A stretch of DNA of 64,000 bases from an uncultured Pseudomonadales bacterium (GTDB lineage: Bacteria; Pseudomonadota; Gammaproteobacteria; Pseudomonadales; UBA7434), in contig CAJQKT010000028.1 of the NCBI GenBank assembly GCA_905478995.1, positions 11,152 through 75,151 on the forward strand. The letters run 5' to 3'. The position numbers and the translations under genes are program-made. The first letter of the stretch is position 1, and each line of letters opens with the position of its first letter. This document shows, piece after piece, positions 24,310 through 32,630 of the stretch. The notes under the pieces are model-generated. The model did not search any database. It was not told the DNA's origin and worked only from the letters and a program-made list of their open reading frames with translations.

Positions 24310-25680
24310 CTAGGGATAAACGATTCCTGGTAACCACGTTACCAAGGCAGGAAACAGGATGAGCAGGACGAGTAAAAATAGTTGGATGATAATAAAAGGA
24401 ATTACGCCACGATAAATCGTTGTGGTTTTGATGGAAGCGGGCGCGACCCCGCGTAAATAAAATAGTGCAAAACCAAAAGGGGGTGTTAAAAATGAAGTTT
24501 GTAAATTAACTGCAATCATAATGCCTAGCCAAATCGGATCAAAGCCCATCACAAGCAGTATTGGGGCGACGATTGGAACGACCACGAACGTTATTTCAAT
24601 AAAATCTAGAATAAAGCCCAGTAAAAAAATGACCAGCATTACAACCAGTAAAGCGCTGATTCTTCCGCCGGGTATGTTTTCAAAAAGAGCATGCACAAGC
24701 TCATCACCGCCGTAGGCGCGAAAAACCAGCGAAAAGACAGCTGCACCAATAAGAATCATAAAAACCATTGACGTAATTTTTAGTGTACTTCTAACGACTA
24801 CTGTAAGTTTTTCAAGACTGAGCTGCCGCTTCATTAAGGCAAGTAACATTGCGCCTAGTGCACCAACGCCGGCGGCTTCACTTGGTGTTGCTGCACCTAC
24901 TAAGATTGAACCCAGCACTAAGCAAATCAATGCAACAGGAGGCACTAATCCAGCAAGTATTTTCAGTGCGCCAACTTTGCGCTGACTCTGCGCAATCGCA
25001 GGCGCAGCTGAATGATTAAGGTGTGAGTAAATGATTAAAAACAATAGATACAGCAATACTAAAAGAATACCTGGCAGTAACGCGCCGACGAATAGATCTC
25101 CTACCGAAACAGTTTTTGGGCTAAATATACCTTGGCTCAGTTGCGCTTGCTGGTATGCACTAGAAAGAATATCGCCCAACAAAACCAGTGCAATAGACGG
25201 CGGAATAATTTGTCCTAGAGTGCCGGTGGCGCAAATGGTGCCTGTTGCCAATGCCGGGTCATAGTTTTGCTTAAGCATGGTTGGTAGTGACATAAGCCCC
25301 ATCGTCACAACCGTTGCACCAACAATTCCGGTACTAGCGGCTAATAACATGCCAACGATCACAACCGAGTAACCAAGCCCGCCTCGGATGCCGCCAAAGG
25401 CACTGGCCATGTTTTCTAATAATTCTTCAGCGATACGAGATTTTTCGAGCATCACGCCCATAAAAACAAACAGAGGCACCGCGATGAGTGTCGTGTTAGA
25501 CATTGTCCCGAAAATTCGGCTCGGTAATGCGCCTAATAACGCAGTATCAAAAATGCCGAAAAGCATACCCCCAAAAGCAAACATAAGTGCGGTGCCGGCG
25601 AGCGTGAAGGCAACCGGATAGCCTAGCAGTAAAACGAGGCATACCACGGCGAACATTATGAGCGGGATAAATTCAAGCAT
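24310..25680 (-). CDS. TRAP transporter large permease (DctM)
   Basis: Polytopic ~456 aa. Start moved to the internal ATG (MLEFIPLIMF...), 10 nt after the dctQ stop; the longer track ORF overlaps dctQ by 53 nt. Confidence 0.88.
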   Translation of the reverse strand: MLEFIPLIMFAVVCLVLLLGYPVAFTLAGTALMFAFGGMLFGIFDTALLGALPSRIFGTMSNTTLIAVPLFVFMGVMLEKSRIAEELLENMASAFGGIRGGLGYSVVIVGMLLAASTGIVGATVVTMGLMSLPTMLKQNYDPALATGTICATGTLGQIIPPSIALVLLGDILSSAYQQAQLSQGIFSPKTVSVGDLFVGALLPGILLVLLYLLFLIIYSHLNHSAAPAIAQSQRKVGALKILAGLVPPVALICLVLGSILVGAATPSEAAGVGALGAMLLALMKRQLSLEKLTVVVRSTLKITSMVFMILIGAAVFSLVFRAYGGDELVHALFENIPGGRISALLVVMLVIFLLGFILDFIEITFVVVPIVAPILLVMGFDPIWLGIMIAVNLQTSFLTPPFGFALFYLRGVAPASIKTTTIYRGVIPFIIIQLFLLVLLILFPALVTWLPGIVYP

Positions 25681-25690
25681 ATTAAAAGCG

Positions 25691-26251
25691 CTAAATGGCT
25701 GCAGTCGGATCATGATCATCCGAAGCGGGTAGTGGTTGGCCACTAAGAATTAAAAAGCTTCGCAGGGCCTCGGCAAATCCTTGAAGGATGAGCATGGATG
25801 CAAATACGGGGATCAGCGTTTTTAGAAGATAGACTTCGTGCAAGCCATCGGAGTTGGCGGATGACTCTTTAATTGACCAAGCTTGCATGACATAACTAAG
25901 GCTCTCCCAAATAATATAGCCACACATGGGTAATAAAAAACAGACAAAGCCTAATAAGTTTACCTTTGCTTTTTTTACAGGTGAAAAATCTCGATAAAAA
26001 ATATCAACTCTAACATGCTCATCACACTGCAGAGTATAAGCTGCCCCAAGCAAGAAAATAGCAGCATGTAGATAAGTGACGGATTCTTGCCATGCAATTG
26101 AGCCGCTATCAAATCCATAGCGAAAAACAACAACAAGGCTCTGAATAATAACCATAACCATTAATAGCCAGGCAACCCAATGACCGCTGAGAAGAGTGAA
26201 GCGGTCGATAATACCTACTAGTTGTGCGATACGAGCATGTTGGTTGCGCAT
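25691..26251 (-). CDS. TRAP transporter small permease (DctQ)
   Basis: 186 aa with four hydrophobic segments, immediately upstream of dctM. Confidence 0.8.
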   Translation of the reverse strand: MRNQHARIAQLVGIIDRFTLLSGHWVAWLLMVMVIIQSLVVVFRYGFDSGSIAWQESVTYLHAAIFLLGAAYTLQCDEHVRVDIFYRDFSPVKKAKVNLLGFVCFLLPMCGYIIWESLSYVMQAWSIKESSANSDGLHEVYLLKTLIPVFASMLILQGFAEALRSFLILSGQPLPASDDHDPTAAI

Positions 26252-26545
26252 GTGCCATCGTCTTGGTGAGGTGCAGCGTTAGCGGCCGGATCTACGGGGG
26301 CGCAGCGCTGACGGAGCGTTTTTATTGGAGCCTATATTGTAGCGCTTGCAGTTACATTTTGGGCAAACTCAAAGCTGTGATTAGTGCTAACATAATGCGA
26401 CTTTGGTGAGCAGACGCTTTAACGTCATTTTTTATGGGATCTGTTTATTGATAATAAACGACAACCGCTTTAATCTCACTTTTCGACGGTAATGGATTAC
26501 ATATTCGCGCAGAAGCCAGTTTTGCGCAGTTTTTTGAAGTAAGAG

Positions 26546-26773
26546 ATGGCTATGTATAAGAAAAGACTACTGAATTGCGCACTATTTTTTTTAGTCGGTA
26601 CAGGACTCACTGGGTGCGAGAAGGGTTTAGACATTAGCAATGCTGAGCTAGTTAAAAAGAGCTCGGAGTGTATGACTGATGAGACTAAAACACCGGGTAT
26701 GGCCGTAGTGTGTGGTAATTATCAAAAAGAATGCGCCCGACGCGGCAAAGCGACGGGCAATTACATTTGCTGA
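26546..26773 (+). CDS. Small Cys-rich lipoprotein, unknown function
   Basis: Lipobox 'LTGC' at residues 21-24. The mature ~51 aa carries four further Cys residues. Confidence 0.6.
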   Translation: MAMYKKRLLNCALFFLVGTGLTGCEKGLDISNAELVKKSSECMTDETKTPGMAVVCGNYQKECARRGKATGNYIC

Positions 26774-26797
26774 ATAATTACTCGATTTTAACTTAAG

Positions 26798-28102
26798 CTA
26801 ATTCGCTGGGCAGCTTACTTTCAGGGCTGCTAGCTTTCTTTGTATTTCTTGATTTTGACTACCTCCCGCACGGTAAGCCTGTTGGTAATAACCCATAGCT
26901 TGGCTGCAGCCAAAGCCTTTGCGTTCAGCGATCTCTCCTAACGTTGCGTAAGCTACTTGTGTTGGTGCGAGTTTTAGGCTGTCTTTCAGGTCGCGTTCTG
27001 CCCCACTAAAGGACTTGAGCTCATGCTTGAGCAGGCCGCGGCGTAATAACGGGCTGAAATAGTTAGGGTCGAGCGCTATGGACCTACTGTAAGCTTGCAG
27101 CGCATCTTGAGCTCTATTGAGCCGATTTAGTGCGATGCCCTTGAGTTCGAAAAAACGGCTTTCATTGGGCTCTATGGCGATGGCCTGCTGAGCATAGCCA
27201 AGCGCCGGCCGATAACTTTTATTGGCAATAGCTTTACCCGCTTTGTCAGCCTTTTCATAGGCGGGTTGGCGATCTATCAATTGCGCGATTTCTTGTTGGT
27301 AACGCTGTCGATTTAATAGCCCTCCTGCCGGGAGCTGGGCAGCACTGGCGCGATTGGCATCAACACGCGCCTGTGAGGGTGGGTGAGATGCGAACAGCGT
27401 GCTAAAGACACCGGCTTTATTACTGTTTGAGAGTCGTACAAAGGTTTCCTGCAGGCTAATCGCAGCGCGCGGATCGTAGCCCGCCTCTCGCATGTATTGC
27501 ATCCCATACTGGTCAGACTCGAGTTCTCGAGAACGGCTATACCGCGTTTGTCCGTACAGACTGGTAAGCGCAACCCCTTGCTGCAACGCCGTGTGGTTAT
27601 AGTCAGAATTAGCCAGTAAAACGGTCGCTAGAACCTGCCCCCCAGCAATGATAGTGCCTACCTCTTGACTCTGTGCGCTGTGGCGCGCGTCGGCATGAAC
27701 GATTTCATGAGCCAGTACAGCGGCGAGTTCGGCTTCGTTATCGAGCTCAATGAGTAAGCCGCGGTTAATGGCGATTTTGCCGCCAGGCAAAGCCCAGGCA
27801 TTAGGCGTCGAGTCGTTGAGTACAACGAAGTCGTAGGGTAGGTGTGCGCGCGCGCTAAACGGAATGAGTTTTTTCCCAACCGAGCGCACATAAAGTGTCA
27901 GGTCTGGGTCAATCGTATAATAACCACCGCCCGCTTGTTGTTGAAATCCATAGTAACGCTCGCCTGTTTGCAGCTCCCACGCCTCACTCATCCAAGATAA
28001 TTCTTTTTTGCCGGTAACGGGGTTAACCGCACATGCCTGTATCAATAGAAGGAGCGCCAGGAGACTGCCTGCGATGAAATGGCGCAAAATAAATTTTTTC
28101 AT
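26798..28102 (-). CDS. M48-family zinc metalloprotease with C-terminal TPR repeats (BepA/YfgC-like), lipoprotein-type signal
   Basis: 'HEIVHADARH' HExxH motif and C-terminal TPR-like repeats. The internal ATG at 28102 has a GGAG SD and gives the signal peptide 'MKKFILRHF...LLLIQAC'. Confidence 0.85.
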   Translation of the reverse strand: MKKFILRHFIAGSLLALLLLIQACAVNPVTGKKELSWMSEAWELQTGERYYGFQQQAGGGYYTIDPDLTLYVRSVGKKLIPFSARAHLPYDFVVLNDSTPNAWALPGGKIAINRGLLIELDNEAELAAVLAHEIVHADARHSAQSQEVGTIIAGGQVLATVLLANSDYNHTALQQGVALTSLYGQTRYSRSRELESDQYGMQYMREAGYDPRAAISLQETFVRLSNSNKAGVFSTLFASHPPSQARVDANRASAAQLPAGGLLNRQRYQQEIAQLIDRQPAYEKADKAGKAIANKSYRPALGYAQQAIAIEPNESRFFELKGIALNRLNRAQDALQAYSRSIALDPNYFSPLLRRGLLKHELKSFSGAERDLKDSLKLAPTQVAYATLGEIAERKGFGCSQAMGYYQQAYRAGGSQNQEIQRKLAALKVSCPAN

Positions 28103-28467
28103 ACTCGGACTCCGCAAGTCTTGGGCATAAGCTGATATTATTCTGACCATTAAAGCACTGCCAAGCATCACCTGTGGCCGAAGTGCAAAACCGCCAGATG
28201 CACTCGGGTTATTTGTTTGAGTTTTTCTATAGTGTAACGCATCTATTTAGAGGGCTACTAACGCAACAAGTTTCATGGTTACTTACCGTGCTGAAAGAGC
28301 GCACTTATTGAAATTATGTTTCGCCCATTGCTATTTGGTAGACTTTACCCGTGAACAAGCCACTATCTTGCCGCAGGCTATTATCTCAGTATGCTGGCCC
28401 ACAAGGCATATTTAATAGCTTGACCAGTAGCGCTAAAGTAAATTGATATGATTAGTAGGTTATGTGT

Positions 28468-29241
28468 ATGTTAATAGTTATTTCTCCGGCCAAAACACTC
28501 GACTTTGCTGCCCCTAGCAGTGTATCTAAGGCAACTAAGCCGGTGCTGCTCAATGAGTCTGCAGATCTGGTTGACGATTTGCGTGACTACAGCCCCGATG
28601 ATCTCGTTTCATTAATGGGCATTAGTCACAAATTAGGCGAGCTCAACAACCAACGTTATCTTAACTGGTCGATGCCTTTTACTAAAGATAATGCTAAGCA
28701 GGCGCTGTTAGCTTTTCGGGGTGATGTTTATACCGGGTTAGACGCCGATAGTTTTAGCCAACACGATTTTGATTTTGCCCAGCAGCACTTGCGAATATTG
28801 AGTGGTTTATATGGTGTTTTAAGGCCGCTTGATCTCATACAGCCCTATCGGCTTGAAATGGGCACTAGACTGAAGAATCAGCGTGGTGCAAACCTTTATG
28901 ATTTCTGGGGTGATAGGCTAACACACCTTATTAACAAGCAACTAAAAGCATTAGACTCGAGCTGTTTAGTCAATTTGGCATCTAACGAATACTTCAAATC
29001 GATTAACAGCAAGGCTGTTTCGACTCCAATCATTACCCCAGTGTTTAAAGATTATAAAAATGGCGATTATAAAATCATTAGTTTTTTTGCTAAAAAAGCG
29101 CGTGGGTTAATGAGCGCCTATATTATAAAAAATCAAATTACCGATCCGGCCCTTTTAAAGAAGTTTAGTGTTGGCGGATATAAATATGACAAAGCAGCAT
29201 CTACCCCCACTGAGTGGGTGTTCTTACGAAAGGCGGCTTAG
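28468..29241 (+). CDS. yaaA: Peroxide stress protein YaaA (DUF328)
   Basis: N-terminus 'MLIVISPAKTLDF' matches the YaaA signature. ~257 aa. The track start at 28462 adds two residues. Confidence 0.88.
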   Translation: MLIVISPAKTLDFAAPSSVSKATKPVLLNESADLVDDLRDYSPDDLVSLMGISHKLGELNNQRYLNWSMPFTKDNAKQALLAFRGDVYTGLDADSFSQHDFDFAQQHLRILSGLYGVLRPLDLIQPYRLEMGTRLKNQRGANLYDFWGDRLTHLINKQLKALDSSCLVNLASNEYFKSINSKAVSTPIITPVFKDYKNGDYKIISFFAKKARGLMSAYIIKNQITDPALLKKFSVGGYKYDKAASTPTEWVFLRKAA

Positions 29242-29260
29242 GGTTTTATGTTAGAGCAAT

Positions 29261-29977
29261 GTGCCAACAGATTTGATAATGCAAGCCAGCGCTAGCCTGC
29301 CTATTTCGTCGGCTTGTGAAAGAAATCGCGAGCCCATTTTGCAAGCCTTGTTATCTTATTTAATTGTGGATGAAACTCAGCCTCAACGACTAGAGCACAA
29401 TCGCTTGGTTTTGGAGATAAGCAGTGGTACGGGCCAGCATGCGGCTTATTTTACCCAGCACTTCTCCCAAGCTGTAAATTTTCCGTCGCTAAAATCGCTT
29501 CGCTGGCAGCCTAGTGATGTCCGTGAACAGCTTGCGGGTATTGATTTATGGCGAAAAAAGGCCAACAACGCAAATTTTTTATCGCCCATTGAGCTCAATT
29601 TAAAGTCTGCGCAATGGGCGCCAGACCGGTATGATTTTGCTTATACCGCTAATTCTTTGCACATTGTTTCTTGGCCGTTAGTACTGGAGTTTTGTCGCGG
29701 CGTAATAACGACCTTGCGCCCGGGTGGCTTGCTATTTATTTACGGCCCGTTTAATTACGATGGCCGATTTACCAGTTACAGTAATGAATTGTTCGACTCT
29801 AATCTTCGTCATCGAGATGAGCATAGTGGCCTTCGTGACTTTACAGCGCTGACGGAGGCGTTATGCAGTGCTGCCAGTAGGCAGGGTGCTACAATGGAAT
29901 TGCAAGCTGATATACCTATGCCGGCCAATAATCAGTTATTGGTATTTAAAAAGGCAAGCATCAAGAGTGCGTATTAA
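29261..29977 (+). CDS. DUF938-type SAM-dependent methyltransferase
   Basis: 'ACERNREPIL' N-terminal motif and 'LEISSGTGQHAAYF' SAM-binding loop. The start could be the ATG at 29279. Confidence 0.6.
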   Translation: MPTDLIMQASASLPISSACERNREPILQALLSYLIVDETQPQRLEHNRLVLEISSGTGQHAAYFTQHFSQAVNFPSLKSLRWQPSDVREQLAGIDLWRKKANNANFLSPIELNLKSAQWAPDRYDFAYTANSLHIVSWPLVLEFCRGVITTLRPGGLLFIYGPFNYDGRFTSYSNELFDSNLRHRDEHSGLRDFTALTEALCSAASRQGATMELQADIPMPANNQLLVFKKASIKSAY

Positions 29978-29980
29978 AAA

Positions 29981-30583
29981 ATGCCAACCATGATTCCATC
30001 AGTTAGTGATTCGTTACGCAATCAGTTTTTGATAGCGACACACTGTCTTGAGACGGGCATTTTTAAGTCGAGTGTCACTTATATTTGTGAACACAATGAA
30101 GATGGTGCCATGGGCATCATTATTAATAGGCCTTCCAGCTTGAGCTTGCAAGATATTCTCACTGATGTTTGCGAAAGCAATGCTGCTACGCCGAACCCAG
30201 TAGAGAATACTGCACCGGTAATGGTGGGTGGACCGGTTGGTTTAGAACGCGGTTTCGTACTCCATCAATTAACCGATGATGAAGATGCTTCTTGTTGGTC
30301 TTCTAGTCTGCATGTCACAAAGCGAATCGTTTTAACGGGCTCTAAAGATATTTTGCTTGCTATAAATGAAGGGCGCGGGCCGCATAATTACCTCGTGGTT
30401 TTAGGCTATGCAGGTTGGGAGGCCGGTCAGCTAGAGCAAGAGCTCGCCGATAATGCCTGGCTCAACACGCCTGCTAATCCAACTATATTGTTTGATACCC
30501 CTTTCCATCAGCGCGCCAATGCAGCCGCTAATTTGCTAGGCATTGATTTAGCATCGTTGGCTACCATGACTGGCAAGGCTTAG
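29981..30583 (+). CDS. yqgE: YqgE/AlgH family protein (UPF0301)
   Basis: 'HNEDGAMGIIINRPS' and 'GWEAGQLEQEL..N.WL' are signatures of UPF0301. Confidence 0.88.
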   Translation: MPTMIPSVSDSLRNQFLIATHCLETGIFKSSVTYICEHNEDGAMGIIINRPSSLSLQDILTDVCESNAATPNPVENTAPVMVGGPVGLERGFVLHQLTDDEDASCWSSSLHVTKRIVLTGSKDILLAINEGRGPHNYLVVLGYAGWEAGQLEQELADNAWLNTPANPTILFDTPFHQRANAAANLLGIDLASLATMTGKA

Positions 30584-30895
30584 CCGCTTAGATTACAGAT
30601 ATTGACTGCTTGTCCAATGATCGCTTAGCTTCGCCCCATTTCAGTGCGCCCCATTTATACTCGCTTAATATTTCCCAAGCCCTCTCATGAGTTTCTTTCT
30701 TGTTCGTTTTCGCCTATTTTCGGCGCACTTGTCATAACTGCCCTCTTTAAACTGTGATCCATGCACGTTGTTGCCATTTTTTTTAGAGATTGAAGGCACA
30801 AAGTCAAGAATTCTGAATAAACCCACTACACTTTACCCAGAGAGGCAATAAATGAATGCCTCCATTAACCAACGACCTAGTAGTCAGAGCACCTT

Positions 30896-31960
30896 ATGAA
30901 GCAAAATATTATTCCATCGCGGGGGCACGCTTTCGGTTGCACAGCGGTGCTAGCAAGAATCTTTAGCACAGGCATTATCGCCATTGGAGCGAGTTTATTA
31001 TCGGTGCTAGCTGCCGCCGAGCGTCCTGTAGACTCGTCAACGAGTTGGATGACCGATAATACTCGTGTTGCTCTTGACATGGCGGCGCGCCAAATCCATC
31101 CAGCTGGCGGCTCTGATCAAAACATATTTTTCGTTGGGCTCGACTATCACCGCGTGGTTACCGCTAATAATCGAGATTGGGCCACTATTGTTTTCCAGCC
31201 AACCTTTGCAAAACTCAACCATATCGCAAAGCCACCGCCCTATTTTTCAGACGGCAATGGTAAGGACCTCCAGTGGCGGTACGCTTATATTAACTATACT
31301 GGGCTATCTAAGGGTGCTTTCAATATAAAAGCCGGCCATATCGAAGTGCCCTTTGGCGCCGAAAGTAATGAGCGACTTAATGGCGGCGCGCTTCGGCAAT
31401 TGGTTTCCGATATACAAAAGAAATTAGACTGGGGCGGCAGCATTAACGGCGTCGTTGATTCCTTTGAATATGAAGTGGCTGTAACGCGTGGTAGTACTAA
31501 CGATTGGGATACGAAAAACCCAACCGAAATTTTTAGCGGTAGGCTTGGTTACTATGGCCAGCAAAAATATGATTTTGGCGTGTCCTTCATCTATGGTGAT
31601 TACCGCGTTGGTAAGGCAGTAGATGAAACGCTCAACCACCGCGTTGGCCTAGATTATCGATACTACTATCGGAACTATACCTGGCTTGCAGAGATTTCTA
31701 TTGGCGAAAATGGCGAGAGTCAAACGCAATATGGCATGACCGAGTTGTCATGGAAAACACCGTCTGAGGATTTATTTTTGTACGGCAGGGTTAGACATCA
31801 GCGTAAAACGCTAGTTTTCCCATCGGCTGAGTCTACTATGTTTGCGGGTCTGCGCTGGACACCATTAAGAAATGCCGACGTAGAGCTTCAGTACACAAAG
31901 GATCTTGATAGCGCTAAAGCGCAAGAAAAAGTTGAGGCACAATTAAGGTTTAGACTTTAG
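30896..31960 (+). CDS. Outer-membrane beta-barrel, porin O/P-like
   Basis: N-terminal signal-like hydrophobic stretch ending 'LAAAE'. Alternating amphipathic strands. 'YAYINYTG...IKAGHIEVPFGAE' resembles the phosphate-selective porin O/P family pattern. Aromatic-rich C-terminal strand 'AQLRFRL'. Confidence 0.6.
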   Translation: MKQNIIPSRGHAFGCTAVLARIFSTGIIAIGASLLSVLAAAERPVDSSTSWMTDNTRVALDMAARQIHPAGGSDQNIFFVGLDYHRVVTANNRDWATIVFQPTFAKLNHIAKPPPYFSDGNGKDLQWRYAYINYTGLSKGAFNIKAGHIEVPFGAESNERLNGGALRQLVSDIQKKLDWGGSINGVVDSFEYEVAVTRGSTNDWDTKNPTEIFSGRLGYYGQQKYDFGVSFIYGDYRVGKAVDETLNHRVGLDYRYYYRNYTWLAEISIGENGESQTQYGMTELSWKTPSEDLFLYGRVRHQRKTLVFPSAESTMFAGLRWTPLRNADVELQYTKDLDSAKAQEKVEAQLRFRL

Positions 31961-32011
31961 TGCCACAAGATAAACGGCACACTATTTTTATAGCATCCCG
32001 GAGTTTATAGC

Positions 32012-32614
32012 ATGCTAATGCTCAAAAAAAATCACATCAATCGAGGCTTAGCTATTGGTATTTTGCTGATGTCGGCACCTTTATTTGCACAGCCATTTTG
32101 CTCGCTGCGCGACCCCGTTTCTATCATTGATAAAATGGTACCGCAGAGCGACTCTTTTCGCTCTAGCGTTGTCAACATCAACAACAAAATGCGTAACGAG
32201 TTGATTGCCGAGACCGGCATCACGATGCATCGTCAAGAGCTTGGCTATCACACGCTATACCATGTTCATGATACAGGTGAAAGCGAAACTATTATTCACG
32301 TCCGGCCTGAAGCAACACGCTGGGGCATTACTGAAATTGCATGGTCTATCTCAAGCGACGGACAAATTATTGGCTATGAGTTTCAACGCTGTCGTGCACG
32401 TTCTTGTGACGATTTGAATAGCGCAAGCCTCTTCGCCAATGTGCCTGTCTTAGATGGCGCCTCATTGGCAAAATTGCTGGGCGATGATCATAAGCATCTA
32501 TCTCCCCAAGGCCTTGAGCAATTAACTTTTCCTGCCGGGAGTGACGCGCTGGTTGTTTCCGTTATTCGCTCCGGTATAAAAGCCGCTGCGCTGATTAAGC
32601 ATACCAACAGTTAA
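32012..32614 (+). CDS. Secreted (periplasmic) protein of unknown function, weakly FMN_bind-like
   Basis: Signal peptide 'GILLMSAPLFA|QP'. 200 aa with 3 Cys. 'WGITEIAWSISSDGQIIGYEF' and C-terminal 'GSDALVVSVIRSGIKAA' loosely recall FMN-binding domains. No confident family assignment. Confidence 0.55.
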   Translation: MLMLKKNHINRGLAIGILLMSAPLFAQPFCSLRDPVSIIDKMVPQSDSFRSSVVNINNKMRNELIAETGITMHRQELGYHTLYHVHDTGESETIIHVRPEATRWGITEIAWSISSDGQIIGYEFQRCRARSCDDLNSASLFANVPVLDGASLAKLLGDDHKHLSPQGLEQLTFPAGSDALVVSVIRSGIKAAALIKHTNS

Positions 32615-32630
32615 TCGGCCTAGACTCGCG

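Noticed and set aside
26546-26773. The mini-lipoprotein as an entry-exclusion (TrbK/EexN-like) protein.
   Set aside because: No conjugative or integrative element genes are anywhere nearby. The resemblance is limited to size, the lipobox and paired cysteines.
28172-28461. OxyR-type site upstream of yaaA (CTATAG…CTAT…CTAC at ~28237-28270).
   Set aside because: The spacing of the ATAG/CTAT elements (14 and 12 nt) does not fit the ATAGnTnnnAnCTAT-N7 repeat architecture.
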